A DNA stretch of 62,253 nt, counting the filler, from Vannella sp. (taxonomy: Eukaryota), in assembly GCA_023345925.1 (NCBI GenBank). It is 8 parts of 8 records of this genome, joined end to end, with 100 filler letters (N's around TTAATTAATTAA, not from the genome) between each part and the next. Parts side by side here need not be neighbours in the genome. Positions count along the whole stretch, not along the records: positions 1 to 16,481 come from JAJQQN010000317.1; 7 more parts are not named here. The stretch is one strand, 5' to 3'. The notes under the pieces are model-generated. The model was not told the origin of the DNA and made no database searches. It saw only the letters and a program-made list of their open reading frames with translations. This document shows positions 1-11,340 of this stretch, in pieces (position 1 is the stretch's first letter; each line of letters begins with the position of its first letter). The position numbers and the translations under genes are program-made.

Positions 1-148
1 TCATCTCCCGTGCGAGGGCTGAGAAAATGGCATCGAGATTGACATTGTCTTTGTCGGAAGTTTCAAAGGAAGGGCATCCTAATGATGCAGCTCAAGTCCT
101 ATAAGCTTTTGTGCAGGTTTTTTTCACTTTTCGACCATTTGGTGATCA

Positions 149-828
149 ATGCCTTGCGTGGCGCTCCGTCACCCTTTGGCTGCGAGGTTGGTTGGCGCGA
201 CGATTTCCTCCTTTGTGAGGTCGCGGGACTCAGTTTTGTTGTATGGGTGAGCTTATCAGAGTGAGAGAGAGTACAGTTCTGAGTGGATGAGCAGATCGGT
301 GGGGGTGGGGAAGAGTGAGGTCGCGAGAGGCTTTGTTCGACACTGTTTGGGTGATCAGAGGGTCAGTGTGAGCTCTCCCACCTTCATGATTGCTCAAGAG
401 TATGATACTCTCCGAGGAAATCTCATCCACCACATCGATCTGTACCGTCTTTCTTCTTCAGATGAGATTCCGGTCGATTTGGCTGCCGGTTGGTCTTATG
501 TGGACCCTATTGGCGCATTATTTACCAACAGGAGTCAGGTACAAACATAGTAGAATGGTCAGAACGCCTCACAGAGCCTACCAAGAGTCAACTGTTCCCG
601 AACCGAGTGGAAATCACACTAACTTGCATCGGAAAGGACTCGAAACCGCTTGAAGACGATCAAGAGAGCGACGATTTTGATGAGATAGGACACCATCAAG
701 CACACATTCACTATTTCGGAGCTGAATACTTGCAAAGCTACGAATGCGACAAAATTCTTCGGCTCATCAGTGAATGTCAATCCGTGAAGGAATTGCGTTC
801 CATCCATCTGCCAGCGCCTCGAATATGA
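149..828 (+). CDS. tsaE: tRNA t6A biosynthesis ATPase TsaE/YjeE homolog (2 introns, ~247-294 and ~489-538)
   Basis: Spliced translation gives VLLYG|SVGVGKS (Walker A), VSSPTF, HIDLYRL and NIVEW, the TsaE signature motifs in order; GT-AG introns restore the frame. Confidence 0.88.
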
Positions 829-859
829 TTCAAATGAAAAGTTTATGCGAGATTCAAGC

Positions 860-3800
860 TTAATTTACGGTGATGACATCGTCTGATGCCAGTTCGGACA
901 CGTCGTCGTCCGCTTCCACTTCCCATTCGAGTTGGGATCCCGTTTTGACCTTGAGGCTCTCAATAGGTGCGGATAACTTCAGCCGGTCGGTGATTCTTTC
1001 CTTCAGTTCTTCGAGAGACTCTCCTGGGTTGAGGCGTATTGGCTTCACGGCGTCTTGGTACTTCACAAAAATGCGGGCGCCCCTTTCCTTACCTACCCGC
1101 GGGCTGATTATCTTGGCGGACTGGTCAGACGCCTCCAACTTGGTTGATGACTCAATTCTTGCCACATGGCCTAACACAATTGAGGTGTTGAGAGTACTTG
1201 GATCGATTTCAGGGATAACAGGGACCTCAGGATGCTCCTCGGGCTCGCGGCATTTCGGTGCCTCAGACTCCGGGATTGAAGGCGCCTCATACTCTGGGAT
1301 TGGAGGAATCTCCTGAGACTTTGGGCTTTGAGGTGCCTCAGGATGCTCCTCGGGCCCGCGGCTTTGAGGTGCCTCATACTCTGGGCTTTGAGGTGCCTCA
1401 GGTTGCTTTTCAGCCTCTTGGCTTTGAGGTGCCCCAGGAGTGGGTTCATCATCTAAGGAAATGGTTGGGACCGGATTTAACTTGGAAGGAGAAGTGACCT
1501 TCTGTGAAGAAGGACTGAGAGTGGTGGTGTAGAACCCAAGGTCGATGTTAGCTTCCTGGCTCATCTCTCGCTGGAATTGGCGCCCTGGAGGAGATCTTGA
1601 AACTTCAATGGTCTGCACTGATGGAGGCTCCATTGAGTCGTAGCAACCTCGGTCCCACGGTCTACCAGCGGGTTCCCTGGTATTTGAAAGGGCCTGGCGG
1701 AGAGAAGGCGGGTCAGAAGAGCCTGCATCACCACGTGTACCTCGTTGCTTAATCGGAAGAGGAGTGGAAGAGCGGAATTCGGCCGAAATAGTTCGCCCTG
1801 CAAGGTTCCCCTTCTTGTGTCCCTCTTCTTCTTCTTCTTCTTCCTCGTCTTCAAGCTCCGGAGACATTTGGGCCTGAACATTCAATTGGTCATCAGATAG
1901 AGACCTCACTCTTCCTCGACTAACTGGCTCCAGCAATTGGTCTCGACGAGAACTCAATGGCGATCTTGTCTCCGTTGGTTCGTTCATCTCCATGGTTTCC
2001 TGTGCGCGTGCCTTCAAAGAAGATATTGCCGCCCTTGCCACTCGGTCCCTGATGTTACCCATCGTTGAGCTCTTATCTTTGTCTGTCTTCGGACGGCGAG
2101 TGAGCAAATGGGTGGCTGCCAAGGTAAGCACATTTGACTTATCGATTGGTCTTTCTCCCTTAATAGACTTCTTCTCGTTCTTGCCACGCGTGATAAGCAT
2201 CGTATCCCCTTCTTCTACATTCGGGGAGGTAGGACAAACAGGCATAATCGGGTTGTAGCGATAGTTGAGGCGGAAAACAGCTTCGGGAGAGACATAAGGT
2301 AACTCCACAATGTGATTGTTAGCAACGTGTAATTCCTCAAGGAATTGGAAAGTGTGCAAGTCAGGAGGCAGAGAAATCATCTTGTTGAAAGAGAGGTTGA
2401 GAACTCGAAGCTTCTTAAGCAAAGAGAGCTCACTAGGGAAGTCTACAATAGCGTTGTGAGTCGCACGGAGCTCTTGTAGCTTGGCAAGTTTGGTGCAAGG
2501 CGTGATGTCAGTCAACTGATTGCAAGAGAGGTCCAAACGCTCCAGGTTCCCGCAATAAGTTATAATCACGCCAGGAATGTAAGACAATCGATTGCCACAC
2601 AAATCCAGTTGAAGCAATGCAAAGCCCCGTAACTGCATCTGCTCTGGAACAGAACGAAGTGAGAGGAACGATAAATCAAGGCTCACTGAAGAGAGAGACG
2701 TGTCAAACCAGTATTGGCCTACTCTGAAGTAGTATGAAGGTAAGCAAGTGTTGCCCTCCCACTTAAGCACCTCCAATGTACAGTTTAAGAAGAGCCAGGG
2801 TGGTAGTGAAGTCAACAAGTTACCAGAAACATCCACATAACGCAGGTGTGTAGACTTGATGACTCCTCTCTCCTCTTCTCTGAAAAAGAGCTCCAATTGA
2901 TTGTTTTGAGCTTCAAGCACCTCTAAAGTCTCCAATAAGAATAGGATATGAGAGAACTCTTTCAGCACGTTGTTCTGGCAGCGGAGAGTCCGCAACGCGA
3001 CCAAAGACTCCAGGAATAGTGCACTGATGCACGATAGCTTGTTATTGGAGCAATCGAGCTCCTGCAGATGTGTCCATTCGACGGCCCCGTCAAAGAGAGA
3101 TTTGAGATCACACCCAGAAACACTGAGACTGATTAGTCCTTTCATCCGTTGAAGCCAGAGAGGGATAGCGCGAAGAGGATTGTTCGAAAGAGTGAGATGA
3201 GTTATGATAGGGAGCTCCATTAGCCATGATGGAGGAGCTAGAAGCCCATTATCAGAGAGGTCGAGCTCCTTCAGAGCGGTCAGAGGAACCAGAGAGAATG
3301 AGGAGGAAGAGAAGTTACAGTTGGACAGGTTCAGTTTCACTAAGCCCTTCAGGTAAGTCACCTCCATAGGAATGTTGGTCCATCGAGGGTCACTCAGATC
3401 AAGCTCATTGTTCTTTTCCTCCGCACATTTGAAGAGTGCTGCATCCCTCTCGCTAATCAGAGGATTGTTTTTGGTGTAGATAGACGGCACCTTCAAGAGA
3501 TCCAAAGGAATCTCTGAGAGATTATTGTTTTGGAGATATAAGCAGGTTAGAGATGGCAGTGAAGTGATGGCCTCAGGTAATTGTTGAATTCCGTTCTCCA
3601 TTAGCGCAAGCTCTCTCAATTGTTGAAGCTTTCCCAACTCATCCGAAACTACGCTTAGTCCAATCGCATTTGCTCTCAAAACTTCGAGATGAACCAGCTC
3701 CCAAAGAACAACGGTGGACTGGACTTCAATCGAATTGCCACTCACGTCCAAGTCTGTCAATGTCTCGCTCAGAGCTCCCAAGGAAGGGATGGAGGTTATT

Positions 3801-5239
3801 CCGGAGCGGCAAAGCTTGAGACGGCGCAACTTCTTGCAATCCACAACAGCCTGAGGGAAGGAATTGAGCGGATTGTCGGAGAGATCTAATTCTTCCAAGT
3901 TCAGGAGGGAGCAGAGGAACTTTGGAACTTGGTCAAGCTTGTTTTGGGCCAAAAAGAGAGCTCGAAGCTTCGTCAGGCGCAAGATTCCCGTTGGCAACAT
4001 CGTCAGAGAGTTGAATTGGAGCCTCAAAGAAGTGATTTGAGTGAGCCCAAGCAACTCGATAGGCAACTCATCCAACTTCATGCGAGAGATAGTCAGTTCT
4101 GGGCTCTTCCTAACAAAGCAAGCGATGATACGCTGAAGATGCATGGGAATGAGAGTCCCACTCAGGTCAATATCAGTCAGGTGGGGGCAGCGGCAAATCA
4201 TATCAAAGTCAATATGCTCAACCGGATTATCAGAGATAGCCAAGGCTTTAAGCCCTAACATCTTGGAGAAATCCACCTGGCTGATGGAAGAGATCGAGTT
4301 CTCCCGCAAGCGGAGGGATTCCAATCGCTCCATTCCTTCAAAATTAGCTGGTAGGGTCTTCAGAACGGCTTCGTTCGTGTTGAATAACAGCTCTCGGAGG
4401 TTGGGTAGGTGAAAGATGACCTCCGGAACTCTCTCGAAGCGATTCTTGCTGACATTGAGGAAGGTGAGGCTCTCAAGTTGACTCATTGGCATGGGTAAAG
4501 ATGCTAGAAAGTTGTTGCCCAGCCCCAACACCTCCAGCTTCCGGAGAGCCGTAATCTGAGGAGGGACAGAGCTGATTCGGTTGTCGCGCGCATCCAGCTG
4601 TTTGAGGTTGGTGAGAGTGAAGATAGACTCTTCCAGTCGCTCCAGGCCGTTGTTTGTCAAGATGAGCGACTCCAAATTGGCTGCTACGGAAGGAAGCGTC
4701 CAAGGCAACACTTCCAAACCAAGTTGGGACAGGTTAAGCTCCGGGAAGCGCCCCAAAGCACAGTTCTTGGTCCTATGGTATGGTCTGTCAAAGGGGTTAC
4801 CATTGATTCGCAGTCCAGAGCCAAGGGAACGCATGTTCTTCAGGAGAAAGGGAGGAGACGCAAACTGGTTCTGGTCCAGGTTCAGCTGTTGCAGAGCTGT
4901 GAGGTGGACGAACTCTGAAGGTAGATCAGAGAGCTCGTTGTAGGCGAGGTCGAGGGACGTGAGAGTCGAGAGCTCGCAAAGGATAGCCGGGAATACGCGA
5001 AGCTTGTTCTCCGAGAGGCTTAAGGTACGTAGGAGAGTGAAGCGAGCAAGCTTCTCCGACAGTTCCACCAATTTGTTCTTCGAAAGGTCGATGGAGACCG
5101 TCACTGTACACAAAACCTTGCTTTTCACGAGGGACTCAGGAACTCGCACCAAGTCGGAGCCACTCAGCACCACCTCCTCGGCCCTCGTCTTCTCATACGC
5201 ACGAATACGTTCGGTCACCGCCTTCTTCAACCCCGACAT
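860..5239 (-). CDS. Large leucine-rich-repeat protein (1459 aa) with a low-complexity tail and a C-terminal ubiquitin/PB1-like domain
   Basis: Intronless ORF; about 1000 aa of LxxLxLxxNxL repeats; acidic/Pro-rich tail; the C-terminal IFVKYQDAVKPIRL...LEELKERI segment is beta-grasp-like. Confidence 0.85.
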   Translation of the reverse strand: MSGLKKAVTERIRAYEKTRAEEVVLSGSDLVRVPESLVKSKVLCTVTVSIDLSKNKLVELSEKLARFTLLRTLSLSENKLRVFPAILCELSTLTSLDLAYNELSDLPSEFVHLTALQQLNLDQNQFASPPFLLKNMRSLGSGLRINGNPFDRPYHRTKNCALGRFPELNLSQLGLEVLPWTLPSVAANLESLILTNNGLERLEESIFTLTNLKQLDARDNRISSVPPQITALRKLEVLGLGNNFLASLPMPMSQLESLTFLNVSKNRFERVPEVIFHLPNLRELLFNTNEAVLKTLPANFEGMERLESLRLRENSISSISQVDFSKMLGLKALAISDNPVEHIDFDMICRCPHLTDIDLSGTLIPMHLQRIIACFVRKSPELTISRMKLDELPIELLGLTQITSLRLQFNSLTMLPTGILRLTKLRALFLAQNKLDQVPKFLCSLLNLEELDLSDNPLNSFPQAVVDCKKLRRLKLCRSGITSIPSLGALSETLTDLDVSGNSIEVQSTVVLWELVHLEVLRANAIGLSVVSDELGKLQQLRELALMENGIQQLPEAITSLPSLTCLYLQNNNLSEIPLDLLKVPSIYTKNNPLISERDAALFKCAEEKNNELDLSDPRWTNIPMEVTYLKGLVKLNLSNCNFSSSSFSLVPLTALKELDLSDNGLLAPPSWLMELPIITHLTLSNNPLRAIPLWLQRMKGLISLSVSGCDLKSLFDGAVEWTHLQELDCSNNKLSCISALFLESLVALRTLRCQNNVLKEFSHILFLLETLEVLEAQNNQLELFFREEERGVIKSTHLRYVDVSGNLLTSLPPWLFLNCTLEVLKWEGNTCLPSYYFRVGQYWFDTSLSSVSLDLSFLSLRSVPEQMQLRGFALLQLDLCGNRLSYIPGVIITYCGNLERLDLSCNQLTDITPCTKLAKLQELRATHNAIVDFPSELSLLKKLRVLNLSFNKMISLPPDLHTFQFLEELHVANNHIVELPYVSPEAVFRLNYRYNPIMPVCPTSPNVEEGDTMLITRGKNEKKSIKGERPIDKSNVLTLAATHLLTRRPKTDKDKSSTMGNIRDRVARAAISSLKARAQETMEMNEPTETRSPLSSRRDQLLEPVSRGRVRSLSDDQLNVQAQMSPELEDEEEEEEEEGHKKGNLAGRTISAEFRSSTPLPIKQRGTRGDAGSSDPPSLRQALSNTREPAGRPWDRGCYDSMEPPSVQTIEVSRSPPGRQFQREMSQEANIDLGFYTTTLSPSSQKVTSPSKLNPVPTISLDDEPTPGAPQSQEAEKQPEAPQSPEYEAPQSRGPEEHPEAPQSPKSQEIPPIPEYEAPSIPESEAPKCREPEEHPEVPVIPEIDPSTLNTSIVLGHVARIESSTKLEASDQSAKIISPRVGKERGARIFVKYQDAVKPIRLNPGESLEELKERITDRLKLSAPIESLKVKTGSQLEWEVEADDDVSELASDDVITVN
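1220..1440 (-). repeat. Coding tandem repeats (EAPQSPE-like) in the LRR protein tail
   Basis: Recurrent ggctttgaggtgcctca units on the + strand. Confidence 0.75.
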
Positions 5240-6222
5240 GATGGAAGATGGGTTCGTGTGGTGACCGGTGGCGTGTCCACGGGGTGTTCACGAATGACCT
5301 TTTTCCATCTAGTCCCTCATTGGCCTGCATTTGGGTTTATTCAATTGATCCGAATGTTCTCCTTGATTCCCAATCGCCCGTTCCTTGTTTTGCGTCATTG
5401 GAGCCGCGATGGACTAGATGCTCACCAGGTTGAGAGGGGCGAGGTGTAGCATCCGTAACTCGCGATTGCGTATTCAACTCTGTGCTTGACATTCATTCAT
5501 TCCTCTGAACTGCCGACCCCTATTTTTAGATCCAACCATTCTAATGGCGCGTCATTATTGTATGGGCTCTTGGAGATGGCGTACCATTTCTGCCTTTGCC
5601 TAATCGTTGAATGTGTTGAGCGGATCTGTGAGAATGAACGCAAATAGAAGGACTTGTGGGATTGAGACATGCCTCAGTAATGGGATGATGTCGAGTACCG
5701 TGGCGGAAGTACTAGAAGTCCCTTATCGTGGAGTTGTGCACTCCAACTGAGCAACCTGACTGGTGAGGGTTACACTTTCTCCATAGTTGACGAACTGTGA
5801 AAGGGGATCTGTTGGGCGAATGGACCAATCACAGACAGCTGCAAAAAAAATCGGGTCCACTGTGCAAACAAAAAAAGTACAGTAGGATGAACCGCCCTCT
5901 TCAGCCGATGCAGCCGATGTGCTGTGGGTCATAGTCTCGCGTTCCAATGTCTTTCGTCGCACATTGTGTTTCTCAACAACGTTTTAGTGTTCAACCTGTG
6001 TGTCCATTTGACCACCTGAACCTCTTCTTCCAGTATCCATCCCCTGCACCCATTCTCGCCGACCCAGAGATTGACATCCAACCCCCAACGGAGCTCATAG
6101 TTCAATGTGGAGTAGAATTGTCCTTGAGCACTCTAGGGGTTCTCAAACGATGAAAAAGAAGCCCTCTAAATATATAATTGGCTTTCGAAAAAACTAGCCC
6201 TGAAGTGATGCTGTGGACAGAT

Positions 6223-7530
6223 TTATTGAGAGCCAGAGAACCAGGAGGACTTAGCAGCTGCTGAAAACAATGAAGAGGCTGCCCTTCCAGCGGAAGCGGC
6301 TGCCTCTTTGGCTTTTCGTTGATTCTCGGCATCTTGGGCTTGCTGCCAAGCGAATGAGCCTGCCTGCTGAGCTGCTCGTCCAGTTGCTGCAGCAGCTTCC
6401 TTCGCCTTTCGTTGGTTCTCCTCATCTTGGGCTTGCTGCCAAGCGAATGTACCCGCCTTTTGAGCAGCTTCCTTGGCCATTCTTTGGTTCTCTTCGTCTT
6501 GAGCTTGTTTGAGAGCAAAGCCTCCTGCCTTCTGAGCAGCCTCTTTAGCTCTTCGTTGATTCTCTTCATCTTGAGCTTGCTGCCAAGCGTAGGAACCAGC
6601 AACCTGGGCGGCTGCTTTGGCTCTTCTTTGGTTTTCTTCGTCTTGAGCTTGCTGAAGAGCAAAGCCTCCTGCCTTCTGAGCAGCTTCTTTCGCTCTTCGC
6701 TGATTCTCTTCATCTTGAGCTTGCTGCCAAGCGTAGGAACCAGCCGCCTGGGCGGCTGCTTTGGCTCTTCTTTGGTTCTCTTCATCTTGCATCTTCTCCC
6801 AGGCATATGTCCCAGCTACCATGGCGGCTCCCTTTGCCTTTGCTTGGTTCTCCTCCTGTTGCATCTCCACGTAAGCACAATACAAAGCCTCCCGAGCTAA
6901 GGCCTGATTCTCCTCTTTCTGTGCCGCTGAGAGAAGCGCGGATCCTGCTTGGAGGGATGCCTGCTGGACCAGTTGCTGCGTTTGCTCATCTTTCATCTGA
7001 ACCATAGCAAAGCCACCACTAGTCACTGCAAACTGCCCCATTCTCTGGCGGAACTGTTCATCCTCAGCCGCACGGGCGAGGATCTCTGCTGCCTTCTGCT
7101 GTACCAACGGGTTAGAAGCAGCGAAAGCTACAGCTTGCCCCATGTGCTGTTGAAGAGCCTCGTTTTGAGCTGCTGCCGCGAGGAGTTCATTGTCTGTGTT
7201 GGCAGCAATCGCCGCGCCCACTTGACTCTGAACAGCTCGGTTTGTGGCGGCGTTACTCATCGCCTGCCCCGCTTGCTGTTGAAACTGTTCGTTGCCAAGA
7301 GCCCCCACAACAGTCCTTCCTGTAGCATCGTAAACCTGAGCCTGCACGGATCCAGGCAACATCGAAAGCATCTCTGAGGGTGGTGGGGCCGAAGGCCTCG
7401 GAGGCGTCGGAGGTAGCGCACCGCCCGAGGTTACAGGATACCCCAAAGACGAATCCCTCCTCGGAATAGGTGGTGGAGCACCGCCAGAGGGAGTCTGGTG
7501 CCCGCGAGGAGGAAGAGCGGGAGTGGACAT
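6223..7530 (-). CDS. Pro-rich N-terminus plus 24-aa Ala/Gln-rich helical repeat protein, function unknown (LEA-like composition)
   Basis: 435-aa ORF with about 7 copies of (Y/F)AWQQAQDEENQRRAKxAAQxAGx. Confidence 0.75.
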   Translation of the reverse strand: MSTPALPPRGHQTPSGGAPPPIPRRDSSLGYPVTSGGALPPTPPRPSAPPPSEMLSMLPGSVQAQVYDATGRTVVGALGNEQFQQQAGQAMSNAATNRAVQSQVGAAIAANTDNELLAAAAQNEALQQHMGQAVAFAASNPLVQQKAAEILARAAEDEQFRQRMGQFAVTSGGFAMVQMKDEQTQQLVQQASLQAGSALLSAAQKEENQALAREALYCAYVEMQQEENQAKAKGAAMVAGTYAWEKMQDEENQRRAKAAAQAAGSYAWQQAQDEENQRRAKEAAQKAGGFALQQAQDEENQRRAKAAAQVAGSYAWQQAQDEENQRRAKEAAQKAGGFALKQAQDEENQRMAKEAAQKAGTFAWQQAQDEENQRKAKEAAAATGRAAQQAGSFAWQQAQDAENQRKAKEAAASAGRAASSLFSAAAKSSWFSGSQ

Positions 7531-7596
7531 GATAAAATGCTTTTTTATATTCTCAGCTAACAGGGTTATTCTTTATTTGACCCGTTTAGATTGGGG

Positions 7597-8746
7597 ATGA
7601 GCGGGAACCGACCAAACCAACAGACTTCCGTGTTTGGTGAGTTCTGCGTGTTTGCTTGCGGTTAGAAGGTGTTCTGATGGAGAGGGATAGTCGGTAACAT
7701 CTCTTATGAAGTTACGGAGCAGCAACTGACGGAGATCTTCTCTGAAGCGGGGGCGGTAGTGAGCTTCCGGTGCGCTTCCTCTCTGTTTGTATGATGGCAG
7801 GCCCTTACAGGTGTATGGTTCCGTAGGCTCATCTTTGAGAAAGACACGGGAAAGCCAAAGGGCTTTGGCTTCTGTGAGTACAGGGACCCCGACCACGCCC
7901 AGTGTGCCATGAGGAACCTCAACGGAAGAGAGCTCGGTGGACGCAATCTTCGTGTGGATCTTGCTGATAAGGGGGATCGTGGGGATGATGGACGCTCTGG
8001 AGGTGATGCAAGACCCTCTTCTAGTGCTCCCCACGAGCGACAAAACCTTCCCATCGAACCCGCTCCTTACGTCAACGAGGACCAGAAGCTCAATGAGGTG
8101 CTGTGGAGTGTCAAGAACCTGATTGCTCATAATCCAACTCAGGCGCGTCAAATGCTGGTCAACAACCCCTTGTTAGCCGCTTCTCTTGTTCATGCGCTGA
8201 ACAAACTCGAGAAGATCGACTCTGCAGCTGTGGAGAAGCTTCTTCCCAGTGCTCCAGTTCACCAATTGCTCACGCCAGTGGCTACCAACCCTGACAACAT
8301 CAATATGCCAGGTTTGTTGACCGCCAGGGGCCTTTGGTGTGACGCTAACTTGGTTAGTGGGAAACTTTGCACCTCCTACACCCTTCCTGGACCCCTCCTT
8401 CCGAGCACCTCCTGTGGCCGCAGGAGGAGCGTATGCAAGAGACTCAATGGTACCGATTGGGATGGGAGGAATGTACCCCCCTCGGGAAGCTCCTCCTTTG
8501 GGGATGAATGGAAACTATCCTCCCCGGGATATGGGACCTGGAATGTATCCTCCTCGTGACTTTGGTCCTAATCCAGGGTATCAACCAGTCCCTGCACCTG
8601 CACTGTCCAAGGAGGAACACGACGATCTGCTGCGGCAGATCGATAACTTGGATACTGCACAACTGGAAGCCCTCTATGCTACTAGTGGACACCCTTTGAT
8701 TGCAGAAGCCCTGGCTCGTCGGCGCCAATATCCCGTTCGACGATAA
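7597..8746 (+). CDS. CSTF2: Cleavage stimulation factor 64 kDa subunit (CstF-64/Rna15), spliced
   Basis: Spliced RRM SVF|VGNISYEVTEQQLTEIFSEAGAVVSFR|LIFEKDTGKPKGFGFCEY...AMRNLNG; hinge NPTQARQMLVNNP; Pro/Gly-rich region. Confidence 0.9.
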
Positions 8747-8808
8747 ACTGTCACAGAAACCCCAAACCAACTGCCTGGTCGAAAAGGGCAATTACAAGTC
8801 ACAGTGGT

Positions 8809-11147
8809 TTACGAGCTATTTGGAATAGCTTCAGTATCTTCAGTGGAAAGAGGAGGCTCGGAGATCTGTGCAGGGATGGGGTTTGATGGTTGGAGGCATT
8901 CATTCGCGGCTTGCTTTGCTTCGATAGTCGCGTTTGCAGGTGGGAATGGGACTGCGATTCCCGCTTTGATACGGGTGAATGAATGAGACGGTTTGTGAGA
9001 GACAAAGGAGACTCCTATTTCTCGATCTTCCCAATAGCATCGCTCGCACAAGTCGAAATTGAAACAAGAGTCACATTTGAATCGCCCTCCACGAATAGGC
9101 AACGCGGAGCATCCCAGACTAAGAGTTCAAGGATTAGTATGTTGAATCCTCTCATTCAACTAACCATCTCACTTCATGGTCATTGCCCATCTCTGCTTCA
9201 ATGTAAATCTCCATTTTGTGATTAGGCTGATGGTGTCGAGGCATCTTCTGCATGAAATGACACTTCTGACCTAGAACATCATCTTCTGATTAGTTAAGGG
9301 ACTAATCGTTGCTGAAGCTCTCACAAAGATTGACTCCTCGACAAGTGTTGCAAGAAAAGCAATAACCAATGATGGGGAAAGTGTTACACCCGGAACATCT
9401 CAAGCGATGAATGGGTAGCCCTCCCGCTAATTTTGGTATTTCAATCGGGATAAACGGGTGAATGAGGCAATGCTGAGCTCCCTCCAGTAGTGGAGCCCGG
9501 TCATAGCAAGCTACAAAAGTCAAATCTCGATTTTGGCCATTTTGACCCAAGAGCCATCATACCTTCACAAACGTCAAAACTGGGGCAAATCGAGCAAGTA
9601 AAACGAATTCCAGGAATCGGCTGAGCCTTGCATATGTTACCTAATGGAGGACCTCATTGTCAATCGAAGTGGATTGGGGTGGAGTCAAGTCACCCACATT
9701 CAAAGTATTCATGGAAGACCATGTCCTCCACAAGGTTTTCCAGATAGATGAAGTGGTCTCTGGGTAGAGGAGAAGAGTTAATACAAACATTACAAAGATC
9801 CAAGTCTCTTTGAAAGCGTCCTTTGTAACGTGGAGTGCCAACAGCGATTCTTTCGTTGCATCCGTCACAGATAATTGAGTCCCGGTCCCAATCATAGTAT
9901 TTACCCAATCTCCTCACGTTAATTCGACCATCTGAAGCATCAAAACACTCACTGGTTCCCCACAGATAGCCAACCAGGGCGAATATTGTGGTTGCGCGCG
10001 AAAATTTCAATCTTCTTCCTCCCTGGCATCATCTCCTCAATAATACGATAAATTTCATCGGGTTTGCGGGATTTTTGCTGAACCTCTGCCAATAAAATAT
10101 CTGAAGATATCTGGATTGACCAATCGGAGGGCGGTGAGTGCCTGTGTCTCGTTTTCTGTCACTTTCACTCACCCTATTGATCGTGTTGGAGAACGGATCA
10201 GTGGCTCGACCTTTGATTCCGATGAGACACACTTCTGATGAGTGTAGGAAGTAGTAGCCTTGGGTCTTGGCAATCTTTTGGTTTCGGGTCTTCTTGATCC
10301 AGATGATTTGATTGACGTATTGGTATCCCCAACGCCGCAGACACTCCAACCCCAGTTGCGTTTGTGAGTTAATCACCCAGAGGAACAACAGCCCGGACGA
10401 ACTGAGTCGCCCAACATCAAGATCGAAGATCTCTTCGTTCGAAAGGGTGTTGTAGTTGAGTGTGAACGTGCTATTGGTGAACATAGAGCGTTGCATAGAC
10501 TGCACCTCATTCCCTCGTAACCGCCATGGAGGATCCATCATCACCACTCCAAAGTCGTCTCCAAAAGCAGCAAAATCAAAGTATCGCACGTCGCAGTTGA
10601 CCCACGTACCACTCTTCCACTCATCTGAATCACCTTTCGGATCATCCTCTTTGTCAACAGAGGCCACCTCGGTCTGCATCTGGTCATTGGAGGCTTCACC
10701 TGGCGTGAACAAGGGGGCAAAGGGCCCCAAAAAGTGCTCGAATACGTTTGCAGGAGCGTGAAGCGAGGAGATGGAGGACTCATCAAGCAGGAGCTCTCCT
10801 TGGCGTGCAGCACGTAGAGACCTTGATCGTTGGCGCTGCTGCTCCAAGAACATGTCGGAATCAGAGTCTGAGTCTTCTATCTGCTCGAGTAATGGATCCT
10901 CCAGTTCGCCCTCAATGGGGGTATCCACAGCAACTGGTACATCTCCAGAGATAGAGAGCTTACTCTCAGCGAAGAATCCTGCTTCAAACAACCGAGTTGA
11001 TGCTCTCCTGGGGCGCTCTCGAAACAGGAAGGCCTCCCCAAAGCCCCGTTTGCTTCCAAGCTCCTCTCGAGGACGTGAGATAGCGCGCAAGCGCTCCCGA
11101 GATCTCTCCCTTCTGATCTCCTTCTTCTCTTGGGTCTCTTTGGTCAT
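8809..11147 (-). CDS. MT-A70 family N6-adenine methyltransferase with four C-terminal ZZ zinc fingers (AMT2/5-like), multi-exon
   Basis: VNCDVRYFDF, MMDPPW, LFLWVIN, GYYFLHSSEVCLIG and SRKPDEIY..IEIFAR...GWLSVGNQ, followed by CDGC, CNIC..CSIC, CSGC..CNTC and CDSC..DLCERC ZZ motifs across short introns. Confidence 0.85.
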
Positions 11148-11340
11148 ACCAACTCAACTGAAAGAGCCACCCCACACCAAGGCCACCAAGAGATGACTAA
11201 AATGGCCATTTAATTTTAATTGGCCCGAGAATACCCTGGCAGCTTTTGATTCGTTGGATAATGAACAAACACAACCAAAAAGGATTGCTGCCCAAAGGAA
11301 GAACATTTCACCGTCGGAACCGACTCCGTGGCTACGCTCG

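Noticed and set aside
5300..6200. About 900-nt gap with short ORFs in an otherwise dense contig
   Set aside because: I could not assemble a convincing spliced gene or RNA gene; needs RNA-seq
6102..6900. Alternative-frame repeat ORFs (6102-6806, 6412-6900)
   Set aside because: Shadows of the 72-bp coding repeat
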